Source: Acidimicrobiales bacterium | GTDB taxonomy: Bacteria > Actinomycetota > Acidimicrobiia > Acidimicrobiales > CAIXPF01 | Assembly (NCBI GenBank): GCA_038255145.1 | Contig: JBBSLP010000021.1 | Span: 10,491 to 74,490, forward strand | DNA length: 64,000 nt | Direction: 5' to 3' | Shown here: piece by piece, positions 50,140 through 59,115 of the stretch | Position numbering within the stretch: position 1 is the first letter of the stretch | Layout of the letters: each line of letters begins with the position of its first letter | Program-made: the position numbers and the translations under genes | Notes under the pieces: generated by a model | Told to the model about the DNA's origin: nothing | The model's input: the letters and a program-made list of their open reading frames with translations, nothing else | Database searches by the model: none

Positions 50140-51726
50140 TCAGGCCTTGCAGCTGCTGCTGGCCAGGTCCCAGTGGCAGTTCTTGGACTTGCCAGAGAGG
50201 TCGATGACCTCGCTCTGGTCCACCCATCCCTGGGCGACGGCGTCGTACTTCTGGTACTTGCCGCCCTCGATCATGTAGGCGTCGGCGTTGCCGTTCAGGT
50301 TGAAGCCGATCCCGGGCAGGAGCATGGGGTTCGTCATGTCGAAGGCTCGGACGGCGGTGATGAAGTTGGTCCGCGTCAGGCCACCGGGCAGGTCCCCGGC
50401 GATGATGAGGCTCTGGACGATGGCGAACCCCCACTGGAGGCCGCTGCCCAGCGAACCGGAGGACTTGGGGTCGATGCCGGCCTCTTGGAGGATCTCACGG
50501 CCCCAGAGGATGAAGGCGTCGTCGTCGTAGGTGGCGCCGTTGAGGTCCTTCACGCCACCGTTGACGATCCACCACCCGTCGCTGGCGGAACCGTCGCCAC
50601 CGACCTTGTCCTTGCCCACGAAGCTGGAGGCGCTGCACACCGACGGCTGGAAGAGGTACTTGACGTCTTCCTTCATGCCGTTGGCTGCGGCTTCGGTGAT
50701 GAGCTGGGTGCAGGCGGTGCCGGCCAGCATGCCGATGAAGACGTCGGGGCTGTCGGCGGCCAGGGTGGTCATGGGGTCCGTCACCGTGGGGGCGGCGGCC
50801 TCGATGGTCTCGGTCTTGTACTTGATGCGGTCCTTCAGGGGGGACTGGGCCAGCCAGGCCTTGAAGCCGGCGTCGTAGGACTTGCCGAAGTCGTTGTTGA
50901 TCTGCAGGGCGGCGACGGTGATGTCACCGTCGCCGAACTCGGCGGCGTGCTCCTCGATGAAGTTGCCCCAGAGGATGGCTTCGGTCGTGTATGCGATCTG
51001 CAGGCCCGTGGTCCACGGGTGGTTGACGGGGTCACCCCAGGCCGGGTGGCCGCTCTGCTCGAAGGGCATGGGGATGCAGCGCTGGTTGAGCTTCTCGTAC
51101 ACCTTGAAGCCGGGTGCCGAGCCCAGGGTGATGACGGCGAAGACCTTCTCCGAGTCGATCAGCTCGTCGACCAGGGGCACGGTGCGGGCGGGGTCGTACC
51201 CGTCGTCCTTGAAGACGTAGGTCGCCTTGCGGTTGACGCCGTTGCTGTCCTTGAAGGCGCCCTCGGCGTTGTAGTGGTCGAGCATCGTGGTGACGCCCTT
51301 GGCGATGTTGCCGTAGTCGGCGAACGTGCCCGACAGGGGGATGGCCTGGCCCACCTTGACCTCGGTGGGGGTCACGCCCTCGGTGTCGGACCAGCCGGCC
51401 GGGCAGGTGGACAGGTCGATGGTGAAGCCCTCGGGGCCGGTGACGGTCTTGCCGTCGGCCGACTTGCCCCAGCCGTTCTCCTTGACCCGATCCACGATGG
51501 CCTGGCGCTGGGTGGCCCAGAGCGCCTCCCAGTCGTCCATCGAGGTGGGTTCGGGCACCGTGGTGGCCGTGGTGCCGCTGGAGGCCTCCTTGACCCCGGC
51601 GCTGACGCCGGCGTCGACGGTGGCGGCGGTCGAGGTGTCCTCGGTGTCGCTGCCGCCACAGCCGGCGGCGACCAGGGCCAATCCGACGAGGACGGATCCG
51701 ATGGCCTTCGTACGTACGCGCTTCAC
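50140..51726 (-). CDS. Lipoprotein ABC substrate-binding protein, paralog SBP-4
   Basis: MKRVRTKAIGSVLVGLALVAAGC lipobox; SMDDWEALWATQRQAIVDRVKENGWG…CPAGWSDTEG…VKVGQAIPLSGTFADY…KSKNCHWDLASSSC. Confidence 0.85.
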   Translation of the reverse strand: MKRVRTKAIGSVLVGLALVAAGCGGSDTEDTSTAATVDAGVSAGVKEASSGTTATTVPEPTSMDDWEALWATQRQAIVDRVKENGWGKSADGKTVTGPEGFTIDLSTCPAGWSDTEGVTPTEVKVGQAIPLSGTFADYGNIAKGVTTMLDHYNAEGAFKDSNGVNRKATYVFKDDGYDPARTVPLVDELIDSEKVFAVITLGSAPGFKVYEKLNQRCIPMPFEQSGHPAWGDPVNHPWTTGLQIAYTTEAILWGNFIEEHAAEFGDGDITVAALQINNDFGKSYDAGFKAWLAQSPLKDRIKYKTETIEAAAPTVTDPMTTLAADSPDVFIGMLAGTACTQLITEAAANGMKEDVKYLFQPSVCSASSFVGKDKVGGDGSASDGWWIVNGGVKDLNGATYDDDAFILWGREILQEAGIDPKSSGSLGSGLQWGFAIVQSLIIAGDLPGGLTRTNFITAVRAFDMTNPMLLPGIGFNLNGNADAYMIEGGKYQKYDAVAQGWVDQSEVIDLSGKSKNCHWDLASSSCKA

Positions 51727-51863
51727 ACGTTCCCCTTGATCATATGCAACCGGGCCGCGAGCCGGCGGGCACGCCGGGACGGCTCGGGCACGCTACTCCT
51801 GACACAGGGTCATCAGGGGGTCACCCTTGTTCGATGTCGGCGAACAGGGAGACCGTTGACATA

Positions 51864-51907
51864 GTGACACCGGGCACCCTCCATTGCTGGATCGTGCCGG
51901 GTGTCAC
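51864..51907 (-). terminator. Long stem-loop between the thiolase gene and SBP-4 (includes the GACATAGTGACAC motif region at 51855-51870)
   Basis: GTGACACCGGGCAC-(16-nt loop cctccattgctggatc)-GTGCCGGGTGTCAC, a 14-bp stem with one central G-G mismatch, 52 nt downstream of the thiolase stop. It may be a terminator, a leader structure or an operator. Confidence 0.35.
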
Positions 51908-51958
51908 GGGTGTTCCTTGTTCGTGTGCTCGGGCCAGCCTCGGCGGCAGGCCCGCGGA

Positions 51959-53188
51959 TCAGATGCGTTCGATGATGGTGGCCGTGCCCATGCCGCCGCC
52001 GGTGCACATGGCCACCAGGCCGGTCTGCAGGTCACGTCGCTCGAGCTCGTCGAGCAGGGTGCCGATGAGCATGCCGCCGGTGGCGCCGATGGGGTGGCCC
52101 AGGGCCATGGCCCCACCGTTCACGTTCACCTTGTCGTTGTCGACCTTGGTGTCGCGCAGGAACTTCAGCACCACGGCGGCGAAGGCCTCGTTGATCTCGA
52201 ACAGGTCGATGTCATCGAAGGTCATGCCCGCCTTGGCCACGCAACGGGTGGCGGCGGGGCCGGGGGCGGTGAGCATGATGACGGGCTCGGTGCCGGCCAC
52301 CGCGGTCATGATCACGCGGGCCCGGGGCGTCAGGCCGTGGGCCCGGGCGTAGTCCGGTGAGGTCACGATGACGGCCGAAGCGCCGTCGACCACGCCCGAG
52401 CTGTTGCCGGCGTGGTGGACGTGGTCGATGTGGTCCCACTTCGGGTAGGCCAGCAGCGCCGTCTGGTCGAGCGTCAGCGTCTTGCCCTCGGGGGTGTGGG
52501 CCCCCATGGCCGCGAAGCTGGGGGTCAGCTTGGCCAGGTCGGCCATGCTCGTGCCCGGACGGGGGAACTCCTCGCGGTCGAGGGCCAGGGTGCCGTCGTC
52601 GTGGTAGATGGGCACCAGGCTGCGGGCGAAGCGATCCTCGGCCAGCGCGGCGGCGGCCCGGGTCTGGCTCTGCTCGGCCAGCTGGTCGCAGTCCTCGCGG
52701 CTGAAGCCCTCGGTGGTGGCGATGAGGTCGGCCGACAGGCCCTGGGGGACCAGGGCCTACTGGTCGTACAGGTGGGCGTTGTTGGCGGTGAAGCCGTCCA
52801 CGTGCAGGGGAGCGGGGCGGGACATGGACTCGATGCCCCCGGCCACGAGCAGGTCCTGGTGGCCGGCGAGCACGCCCATGGCCGCGAAGTTGACGGCCTG
52901 CTGGCCCGAGCCGCAGAAGCGGTTGAGGGTCACCCCGGGGGCATCGAAGGACCAGCCGGCGTCGAGGGCGGCCATGCGGGCGATGTCCATGGCGTGGTCG
53001 CCGGAACCAGCGCCACAGCCCATGATGACGTCGTCGACGTCGGCCGAGTCGAAGCCGACCCGCTGGCGGGCCGCTTCCATGACCTGGGCCAGGATGCGCT
53101 GGGGGTGGACGTTGTGCAGGGCGCCGTTGGCCTTGCCCTTGCCCCGCGGTGAGCGCACCGCGTCGATGATCCAGGCTTCGCGCTCCAT
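51959..53188 (-). pseudogene. Acetyl-CoA C-acyltransferase (thiolase) interrupted by an in-frame TAG at 52757-52759
   Basis: MEREAWIIDAVRSPRGKG…LNRFCGSGQQAV (active-site Cys)…HLYDQ*ALVPQGLSADLIATTEGFSRED…NVNGGAMALGHPIGATG…CTGGGMG. Both halves are in the same frame (the start-to-start distance, 53188-52615, is 573 nt, or 3x191). Confidence 0.75.
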
Positions 53189-53347
53189 GTGGTCTCCTGC
53201 TCTCGTCCGCCGTGGGGCGACATCGTCGTTCCGGGTGGGGCAGCGCCCGCCGTTGGCCGGCCGCCGCTACCTGACGATTCTGTCAGGCGCGCCGGGCTTC
53301 GGCGGAAGGAGCCTGGTCACAGGTGACAGGAGGCACCACGCGAACCC

Positions 53348-56300
53348 TCAGCTGGCCACGAAGTCGTCCATGGCCCGCAGGATGCGCTCCTCGCTGACGG
53401 GGCGGGGCGTGCCCAGGGCCTGGGCGAACAGGCTGACCCGCAACTCCTCCACCATCCAGCGCAGGTGCTCGGCCTCGTGCCTGGCCCGGCCCGGTCCCAT
53501 GGCGTCGAGCAGGTGGGCGTACTCGCGCTCGAGGCGCTGCACCCGGGCCATGCGCTCACGGTCGCGCGCCGCGTCGCTGGTCAGCTTGTCCAGGCGGCGG
53601 CTGATGGCCTCGAGGTAACGGGGCACCTGGGCCAGCCGCTCGGTCCCCGTGGCCGCCAGGAAGCCGGGGTGCACCAGCCAGGCCAACTGCTCGCGCACGT
53701 CGTCCACCGCGGGGCGCAAGGCGGGGGCCGCCAGGTCGTCGAGGCGGGCCTCGATGCGCCCTGAGGCGCCGAGGATGCGCCCGGCCAGGGCGAGGACGGC
53801 CGCCGACCTCTCGAACAAGGCGGCCTTGACCGCGGCCTGCAGCTGGCGGAAGCCGGCCTCGTCCCAGGCCGGACCGCCATGGGCCGCCACCAGCTCGTCG
53901 GCCGCGGTGGCGATGGCGTCGTCGATGAGGTCGGCCATGGTGCGGTAGGGGCTGCGGGCGAAGGCCAGGCGCATGTCCTTGGTCAACCGGTTCTGCAGCG
54001 CCCGCACCACCGAGGGCACGGTGAGCAGCAGCAGCCGACGGGTACCGCCGACCATGGCCCGCTCCTGGTCGGCCACCGACGCCAGCATGCGCACGGCCAC
54101 CGAGTCGCCCTCGTCGACCAGGGCCGGGTACGCCCGCACCCGGTGCCCCGACCGGGTGGCCTCGACCACCCGGGGCAGCTCGCCCACCGTCCAGTCCGTC
54201 AGCCCGCTCCTTTCGACGGCGGGGGCCGCCCGGCTGATGGCGGCGCGCACGTGGCCCAGCAGCATCGTCTGCAGGGCGGTCAGGTCCTTGCCCACGGCCA
54301 CCTGCTGACCGTGCTCGTCCTCGATGGAGAAGGTGAGCCGCACGTGGTCGGGCAACCCGACCACGTCCCAGCTGCCCGGGGGGATGGCGGCACCGCCCTC
54401 GATCAGCCGGGGCAGGGCCCACTCGAGCGCTTCGAGCAGGCCGCCGTCCTTCGGGGTGACCTGGGCCAGGAACGTGCGGGCCACGTCGGGGGCGGGGATG
54501 TAGGTGCGACGGATGTTCTTGGGCAGCGTGCGGATGAGGGCGGTGACCAGCTCGTCGCGCCGACCGGGCACGTGCCAGTCGAAGCCGGCCACGGTGACCT
54601 GGTTGAGCGCGGCCAGGGGCACGTGCACGGTGACGCCATCACCGGGGGTGCCGGGGGCGAAGGCGTAGGTCAGGGGCAGGACCAGGCCCCCCTGGGTCCA
54701 CACGTCGGGGTAGGCGGCGGGGTTGAAGGGCTCGGCCCCGGCGTCGGTGAGCTCGTCGAGGGTCAGGTCGAGCAGGTCGGGCCGGGCCTTGCTCTCGTGC
54801 TTCCACCAGCGGTCGAAGGTGCGCCCCGAGGTGACGTCGGGCCCCACCCTGGCGTCGTACAGGTCGAACAGCGAGTTCTCGCCCACCAGCAGGCCGTGGC
54901 GGCGGACCCGGTCCTCGAGGGCCCGCACCTCGTCCATGCGGGCCTGGTTGCGCTCCAGGAAGCGATGGTGGGTGGTCCAGTCCCGCTCGACCAGGGCGTG
55001 GTGCAGGAACAGGTCCCGGGCCAGGTCGGGGTCGACCCGGGCGTAGTCGATGCGCCGGTTGGCCACGATGGGCAGCCCGTACAGGGTGACCGTCTCGTGG
55101 CCCACCGCCGCGCCCCGGCGGGCGTCCCAGTGGGGGTCGCTGTAGCTGCGCCGCAGCAGGTGGCCACCCAGGTCCTCGGCCCACTCGGGTTGGATGCGGG
55201 CGTTCACCCGGGCCCACAGCCGGTTGGTCTCCACCAGCTCGCCGGTCATGATCCAGCGGGGCGGGTGCTTCTGCTGGCTGGAGCCGGGGGCGATGACGAA
55301 GCGGGCACCGTGGGCCCCCTGGTACTCGGCCTGGGGCCGCCGCTCCCGGGGCTTGCCGTCACCGCCCTTGCGGTCGCGACCCCGGGGGGCCTTCTCGGGC
55401 TCGGTGTCCTTGAGGCCCAGGTGGGACAGCAACCCGGCCAGCAGGGACCGGTGGATGCGGGCCGGCTCGCCGGGCTCGCCGTTGAGCTTGATGCCCAGCG
55501 AGCCCACCACCTGGCGCAGCTGGCTGTAGATGTCCTGCCACTCGCGCACCCGCAGGTAGTTGAGGTACTCGGCCTTGCACAGGCGGCGGAAGGCGCTGGA
55601 GGAACGCTCCCGTTGCGCGTGCTGGAGGAAGTCCCACAGGTTCAACAGCGTGGTGAAGTCGGAGTCCTCGTCGACGAAGGCCCGATGGCGCTCGGCCGCG
55701 GCCTGCTGCTTGCCCGTGGGTCGCTCGCGGGGGTCCTGGATGGACAGGGCGGCGGCGATGATCATCACCTCGCGCACGCAGCCGTTGCGGTCCGCTTCGA
55801 GCACCATGCGCCCCAGGCGGGGGTCGAGGGGGAGTTGGGCCAGGTCACGGCCCCGCGGCGTCAGCCAGCGCTTGGTGCCGACGTGGTCGGGGTCGAGGGC
55901 GCCGAGCTCTTCGAGCAGGGCGACGCCGTCGTTGATGGTGCGGGCGTCGGGGGGGTCGACGAAGGGGAACGAGGCCACGTCACCCAGGCCCAGGGACGCC
56001 ATCTGCAGGATGACCGAGGCCAGGTTGGTGCGCAGGATCTCGGGCTCGGTGAACTCGGGCCGGGACTCGAAGTCCTCCTCGGCGTAGAGCCGGATGCACA
56101 CGCCGGGGGCTACACGACCACAGCGACCGGCCCGCTGGTTGGCCGAGGCCTGGGACACCGCTTCGATGGGCAGGCGCTGGACCTTGGTGCGCCGGTTGTA
56201 GCGGGAGATGCGGGCGGTGCCCGGGTCGACCACGTAGCGGATGCCGGGCACGGTGAGCGACGTCTCGGCCACGTTGGTGGCCAGCACGACCCGGCGCCCC

Positions 56301-57448
56301 TTGTGGGCGGCGAAGACCCGGTGCTGCTCGGCCGCCGACAGCCGGGCGTACAGGGGCAGGATCTCGGTACCGGCCAGCTCCTGGTCGCGCAGGGCGTCGG
56401 CCGTGTCGCGGATCTCGCGCTCGCCACTGAGGAACACCAGGATGTCCCCCGGCCCTTCGGCGCACAGCTCGTCCACAGCGTCGCGGATGGCCTGGGTCTG
56501 GTCCCGGTCCCCGCTGACGCCGCGGCGGGGGGCGGGCGGCCGCCGTCGGGCCTGGCGGCCACCCCCGCCGTCGCTGTCGTCCTCGGCCTCGCCGTCTTCG
56601 ATCTCGTCGTCCTCGTCGTCGTCGTCGACCTCGCCCACGGGGCGGTAGCGGACCTCGACGGGGAAGCTGCGGCCGGTCACGTCGATGACGGGGGCGCCGC
56701 CGAAGTGCTGGGAGAAGCGCTCGGTGTCGATGGTGGCCGAGGTGACGATGACCTTGAGGTCGGGACGGCGGGGGAGGAGCTGGCTCAGGTAGCCGAGGAT
56801 GAAGTCGATGTTGAGGCTGCGCTCGTGGGCCTCGTCGATGATGAGGGTGTCGTAGCGGCTCAGTGACCGATCGCGCTGGATCTCGGCCAGGAGGATGCCG
56901 TCGGTCATGAGCTTGACCAGGGTGTCGTCGCCGACCCGGTCGGTGAAGCGCACGGTGTAGCCGACGAGCTCGCCCAGGGGGCTGCCCAGCTCTTCGGCCA
57001 CCCGTTCGGCCACGGCCCGAGCGGCCAGGCGGCGAGGCTGGGTGTGCCCGATCAGTCCCAAGACCCCCCGGCCCAGCTCCAGGCAGATCTTGGGCAGCTG
57101 GGTGCTCTTCCCCGAGCCCGTCTCCCCGGCCAGGATGATCACCTGGTTGTCGCGGATGGCGGCGAGGATGTCGTCCTTGCGTCCCGTCACCGGCAGGGTC
57201 GGGGGGTAGGTGGGGGTGGGCAGCAGGGCCCGGCGGCGCTCGACCCGGCGTTCGGCGGCTTCCACCTCGCCGGCCACCTCGGCCAAGGCGGTGGCGCGGG
57301 CCTCGTCGCGCTGCTGGCGCGCCCGGTCGAGCCGGCGTCGCAGGTGGCGCTGGTCGCGCCCCATCAACATCGCCAGCCTGTCCTGGAGCTCGACGAGCGT
57401 CGGCGTCGGCGTCGGGGTGGGGGAGGTCACGGGATCGATGGCCGGCAC
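53348..57448 (-). CDS. hrpA: ATP-dependent RNA helicase HrpA (DEAH-box)
   Basis: 1366 aa. Contains GETGSGKSTQLPK (Walker A), DEAHERS (DEAH) and the HA2/OB and long C-terminal region typical of HrpA. Confidence 0.95.
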   Translation of the reverse strand: MPAIDPVTSPTPTPTPTLVELQDRLAMLMGRDQRHLRRRLDRARQQRDEARATALAEVAGEVEAAERRVERRRALLPTPTYPPTLPVTGRKDDILAAIRDNQVIILAGETGSGKSTQLPKICLELGRGVLGLIGHTQPRRLAARAVAERVAEELGSPLGELVGYTVRFTDRVGDDTLVKLMTDGILLAEIQRDRSLSRYDTLIIDEAHERSLNIDFILGYLSQLLPRRPDLKVIVTSATIDTERFSQHFGGAPVIDVTGRSFPVEVRYRPVGEVDDDDEDDEIEDGEAEDDSDGGGGRQARRRPPAPRRGVSGDRDQTQAIRDAVDELCAEGPGDILVFLSGEREIRDTADALRDQELAGTEILPLYARLSAAEQHRVFAAHKGRRVVLATNVAETSLTVPGIRYVVDPGTARISRYNRRTKVQRLPIEAVSQASANQRAGRCGRVAPGVCIRLYAEEDFESRPEFTEPEILRTNLASVILQMASLGLGDVASFPFVDPPDARTINDGVALLEELGALDPDHVGTKRWLTPRGRDLAQLPLDPRLGRMVLEADRNGCVREVMIIAAALSIQDPRERPTGKQQAAAERHRAFVDEDSDFTTLLNLWDFLQHAQRERSSSAFRRLCKAEYLNYLRVREWQDIYSQLRQVVGSLGIKLNGEPGEPARIHRSLLAGLLSHLGLKDTEPEKAPRGRDRKGGDGKPRERRPQAEYQGAHGARFVIAPGSSQQKHPPRWIMTGELVETNRLWARVNARIQPEWAEDLGGHLLRRSYSDPHWDARRGAAVGHETVTLYGLPIVANRRIDYARVDPDLARDLFLHHALVERDWTTHHRFLERNQARMDEVRALEDRVRRHGLLVGENSLFDLYDARVGPDVTSGRTFDRWWKHESKARPDLLDLTLDELTDAGAEPFNPAAYPDVWTQGGLVLPLTYAFAPGTPGDGVTVHVPLAALNQVTVAGFDWHVPGRRDELVTALIRTLPKNIRRTYIPAPDVARTFLAQVTPKDGGLLEALEWALPRLIEGGAAIPPGSWDVVGLPDHVRLTFSIEDEHGQQVAVGKDLTALQTMLLGHVRAAISRAAPAVERSGLTDWTVGELPRVVEATRSGHRVRAYPALVDEGDSVAVRMLASVADQERAMVGGTRRLLLLTVPSVVRALQNRLTKDMRLAFARSPYRTMADLIDDAIATAADELVAAHGGPAWDEAGFRQLQAAVKAALFERSAAVLALAGRILGASGRIEARLDDLAAPALRPAVDDVREQLAWLVHPGFLAATGTERLAQVPRYLEAISRRLDKLTSDAARDRERMARVQRLEREYAHLLDAMGPGRARHEAEHLRWMVEELRVSLFAQALGTPRPVSEERILRAMDDFVAS

Positions 57449-57541
57449 CGCCGGGGGAGGGCGGCTCGCGGCCCGTGGATCAACACGGACCTGGCCAGCT
57501 GCATTCCGACGCTACTCAGCGCCGAGCGCCAGGCGTCGAGC

Positions 57542-59030
57542 TCAATCCGGGTACAGCGAGCGGGCCACGCCCAGCAGCTCGGAGCCGGCCAGCCCGCCGT
57601 CCACGGTGATCAGCCTGTCACCGGCCACCGCCCACAGGTGGGGGGCTGCGGGGGGATCGACGGTCAGCTGCCCGTCGAGGGGGGTGCCGTCACCGACCCG
57701 GGCTTCCACGGGGGCGGCGGCGAGCACGACGCCCTCGGTCCCGAAGGGATCGTCGCCGATGCCGAGATCGTCACGCTGGGTGACGGTCAGGGCCAGGAAG
57801 CCCAGCCGCCAGGTCATCACCGCCACCTGGTGGCTGGGGATGTCGCCGTCGGCGCCCACGGCGGCGGCGTCGTCGGGGTTGACGGCCACGACGGGGTTGC
57901 CGAAGCCCGGCGGCGGGGCGGGGACGAGCACGGGGGTCCCCAGTCGGTCACCGGCCTCGCCGAGGGGAACGCGTTCGAAGCCCAGGTCGGTGACCACGGG
58001 TGCAGGATCGGTGGGGGGTTGGAGGTCGAACTCGGCCCGGTCGACGGCGGTGGCCTCGAAGCGCTCGACGGCGAGGTCGAGCGTCACCCCCGCCGGCCCG
58101 CTGTGCACCAGCTGCAGCAGGATGCCGGTCTCCTGGTCGACCTGGGCCAGCACGTGGTCGGGGCTGTTCCCGTCCCGCCGGTCGCCGGCCATGGGGCCGT
58201 CGTAGCGCCACGTGGGGCGCTCGGCCGCCCCCCGAGGTGACGACGCGCTCGTCGCCCTGGCGGCCCAGCGATCCCACCAGGGCGGCCACGGGGTCGAGCG
58301 GCGCGGGGGCGGGCCCGGCGACGCGGCGGTCCGGCCCACCGGGGGGCACGTTGGTGGCCACCTCGCTGTGGGGGTCGTCACCGCTGACCACGGTCACCGC
58401 CGTGGCCGTGGCCGCGTTGTAGGCCACGTCGCTCGAACCGTCCTCCGCCGTCCACCGGTAGCTGCCGTCCGCCGCCACCACCAGGGCGAAGCCCGTCGTC
58501 ACCTGGGCCTCGTCGGTCACCAGCATGCGGGCCCGGGCGCCGCGGACCTGCTCGCCGGCCGAGACCTGGGGCGTGGTTCCCGCCCCGTCGGACGTGGTGC
58601 CACCCTCGTCGCCGCCGCCCCCGAGGGGTCCGTCGGCGACCCCGTCGGGCCCGGCACTGCCATCGGCCACCCCGTCGACGGGCTGCCCGATGGGCACCTC
58701 TCCGCCACCACCACCGCCACCACCACCGCTACGACCATCCGCGACGTCGTCGGCCACGCCCGCCGCCGGATCGGCGGTGAGGCTGGGCCCGCCCGTCGCC
58801 GTACCGGGATCAGCCGAGCTGGCCAGGGCCGCCGGGGATCGACCGGGTGCCTCGGCTCGGGCCGTGTCGTCGGCCGCCGAGGAGGTGTCGTCGGGGGCGG
58901 CGCCACAGGCGGCCGCCGTGCACAGCAACATCCCGGTCACGGCCGCGGTCAGCAGCCGTTGGGGGAATCGGCCGCCGGGGGTGGCGGCCGTCGGTGGTCG
59001 GGTGCGATCGAGGTCCTGCGGCATCAGCAT
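57542..59030 (-). pseudogene. Gly/Asp-rich lipoprotein with a LolA/DUF4367-like C-terminal domain; apparent 1-nt frameshift at a 6-nt homopolymer (58228-58233)
   Basis: The N-part (ORF 57948..59030) has the lipobox LLCTAAAC, the repeats GVADDVADG / GVADGSAGPDGVADG and a Gly8 run. The C-part (ORF 57542..58381) runs from AERPTWRYDGP… to …HLWAVAGDRLITVDGGLAGSELLGVARSLYPD. Only the stretch between VVTSGG and AERPTW is coding-like in both frames, which places the switch at the G6 run. This could instead be two genes. Confidence 0.5.
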
Positions 59031-59115
59031 CCTCTGGGTCGGGTCCGCCCGCGCCAGGTGCTACGTCGTGGACGTCCTCACGGATCGCCCGCCTCGGGGA
59101 CCGGTAGATCGGGGA

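Noticed and set aside
52757-52759. The in-frame TAG in the thiolase as programmed recoding (pyrrolysine or readthrough).
   Set aside because: There are no pyl genes and no recoding context, and thiolases are not known recoding targets. A nonsense mutation or a base-call error is far more likely.
58690-58725. A G/C-rich run encoding Gly8 in the lipoprotein, as a possible G-quadruplex or phase-variation tract.
   Set aside because: It is made of mixed GGN codons rather than a pure homopolymer or a regular G4 pattern. It is best explained as a low-complexity linker.
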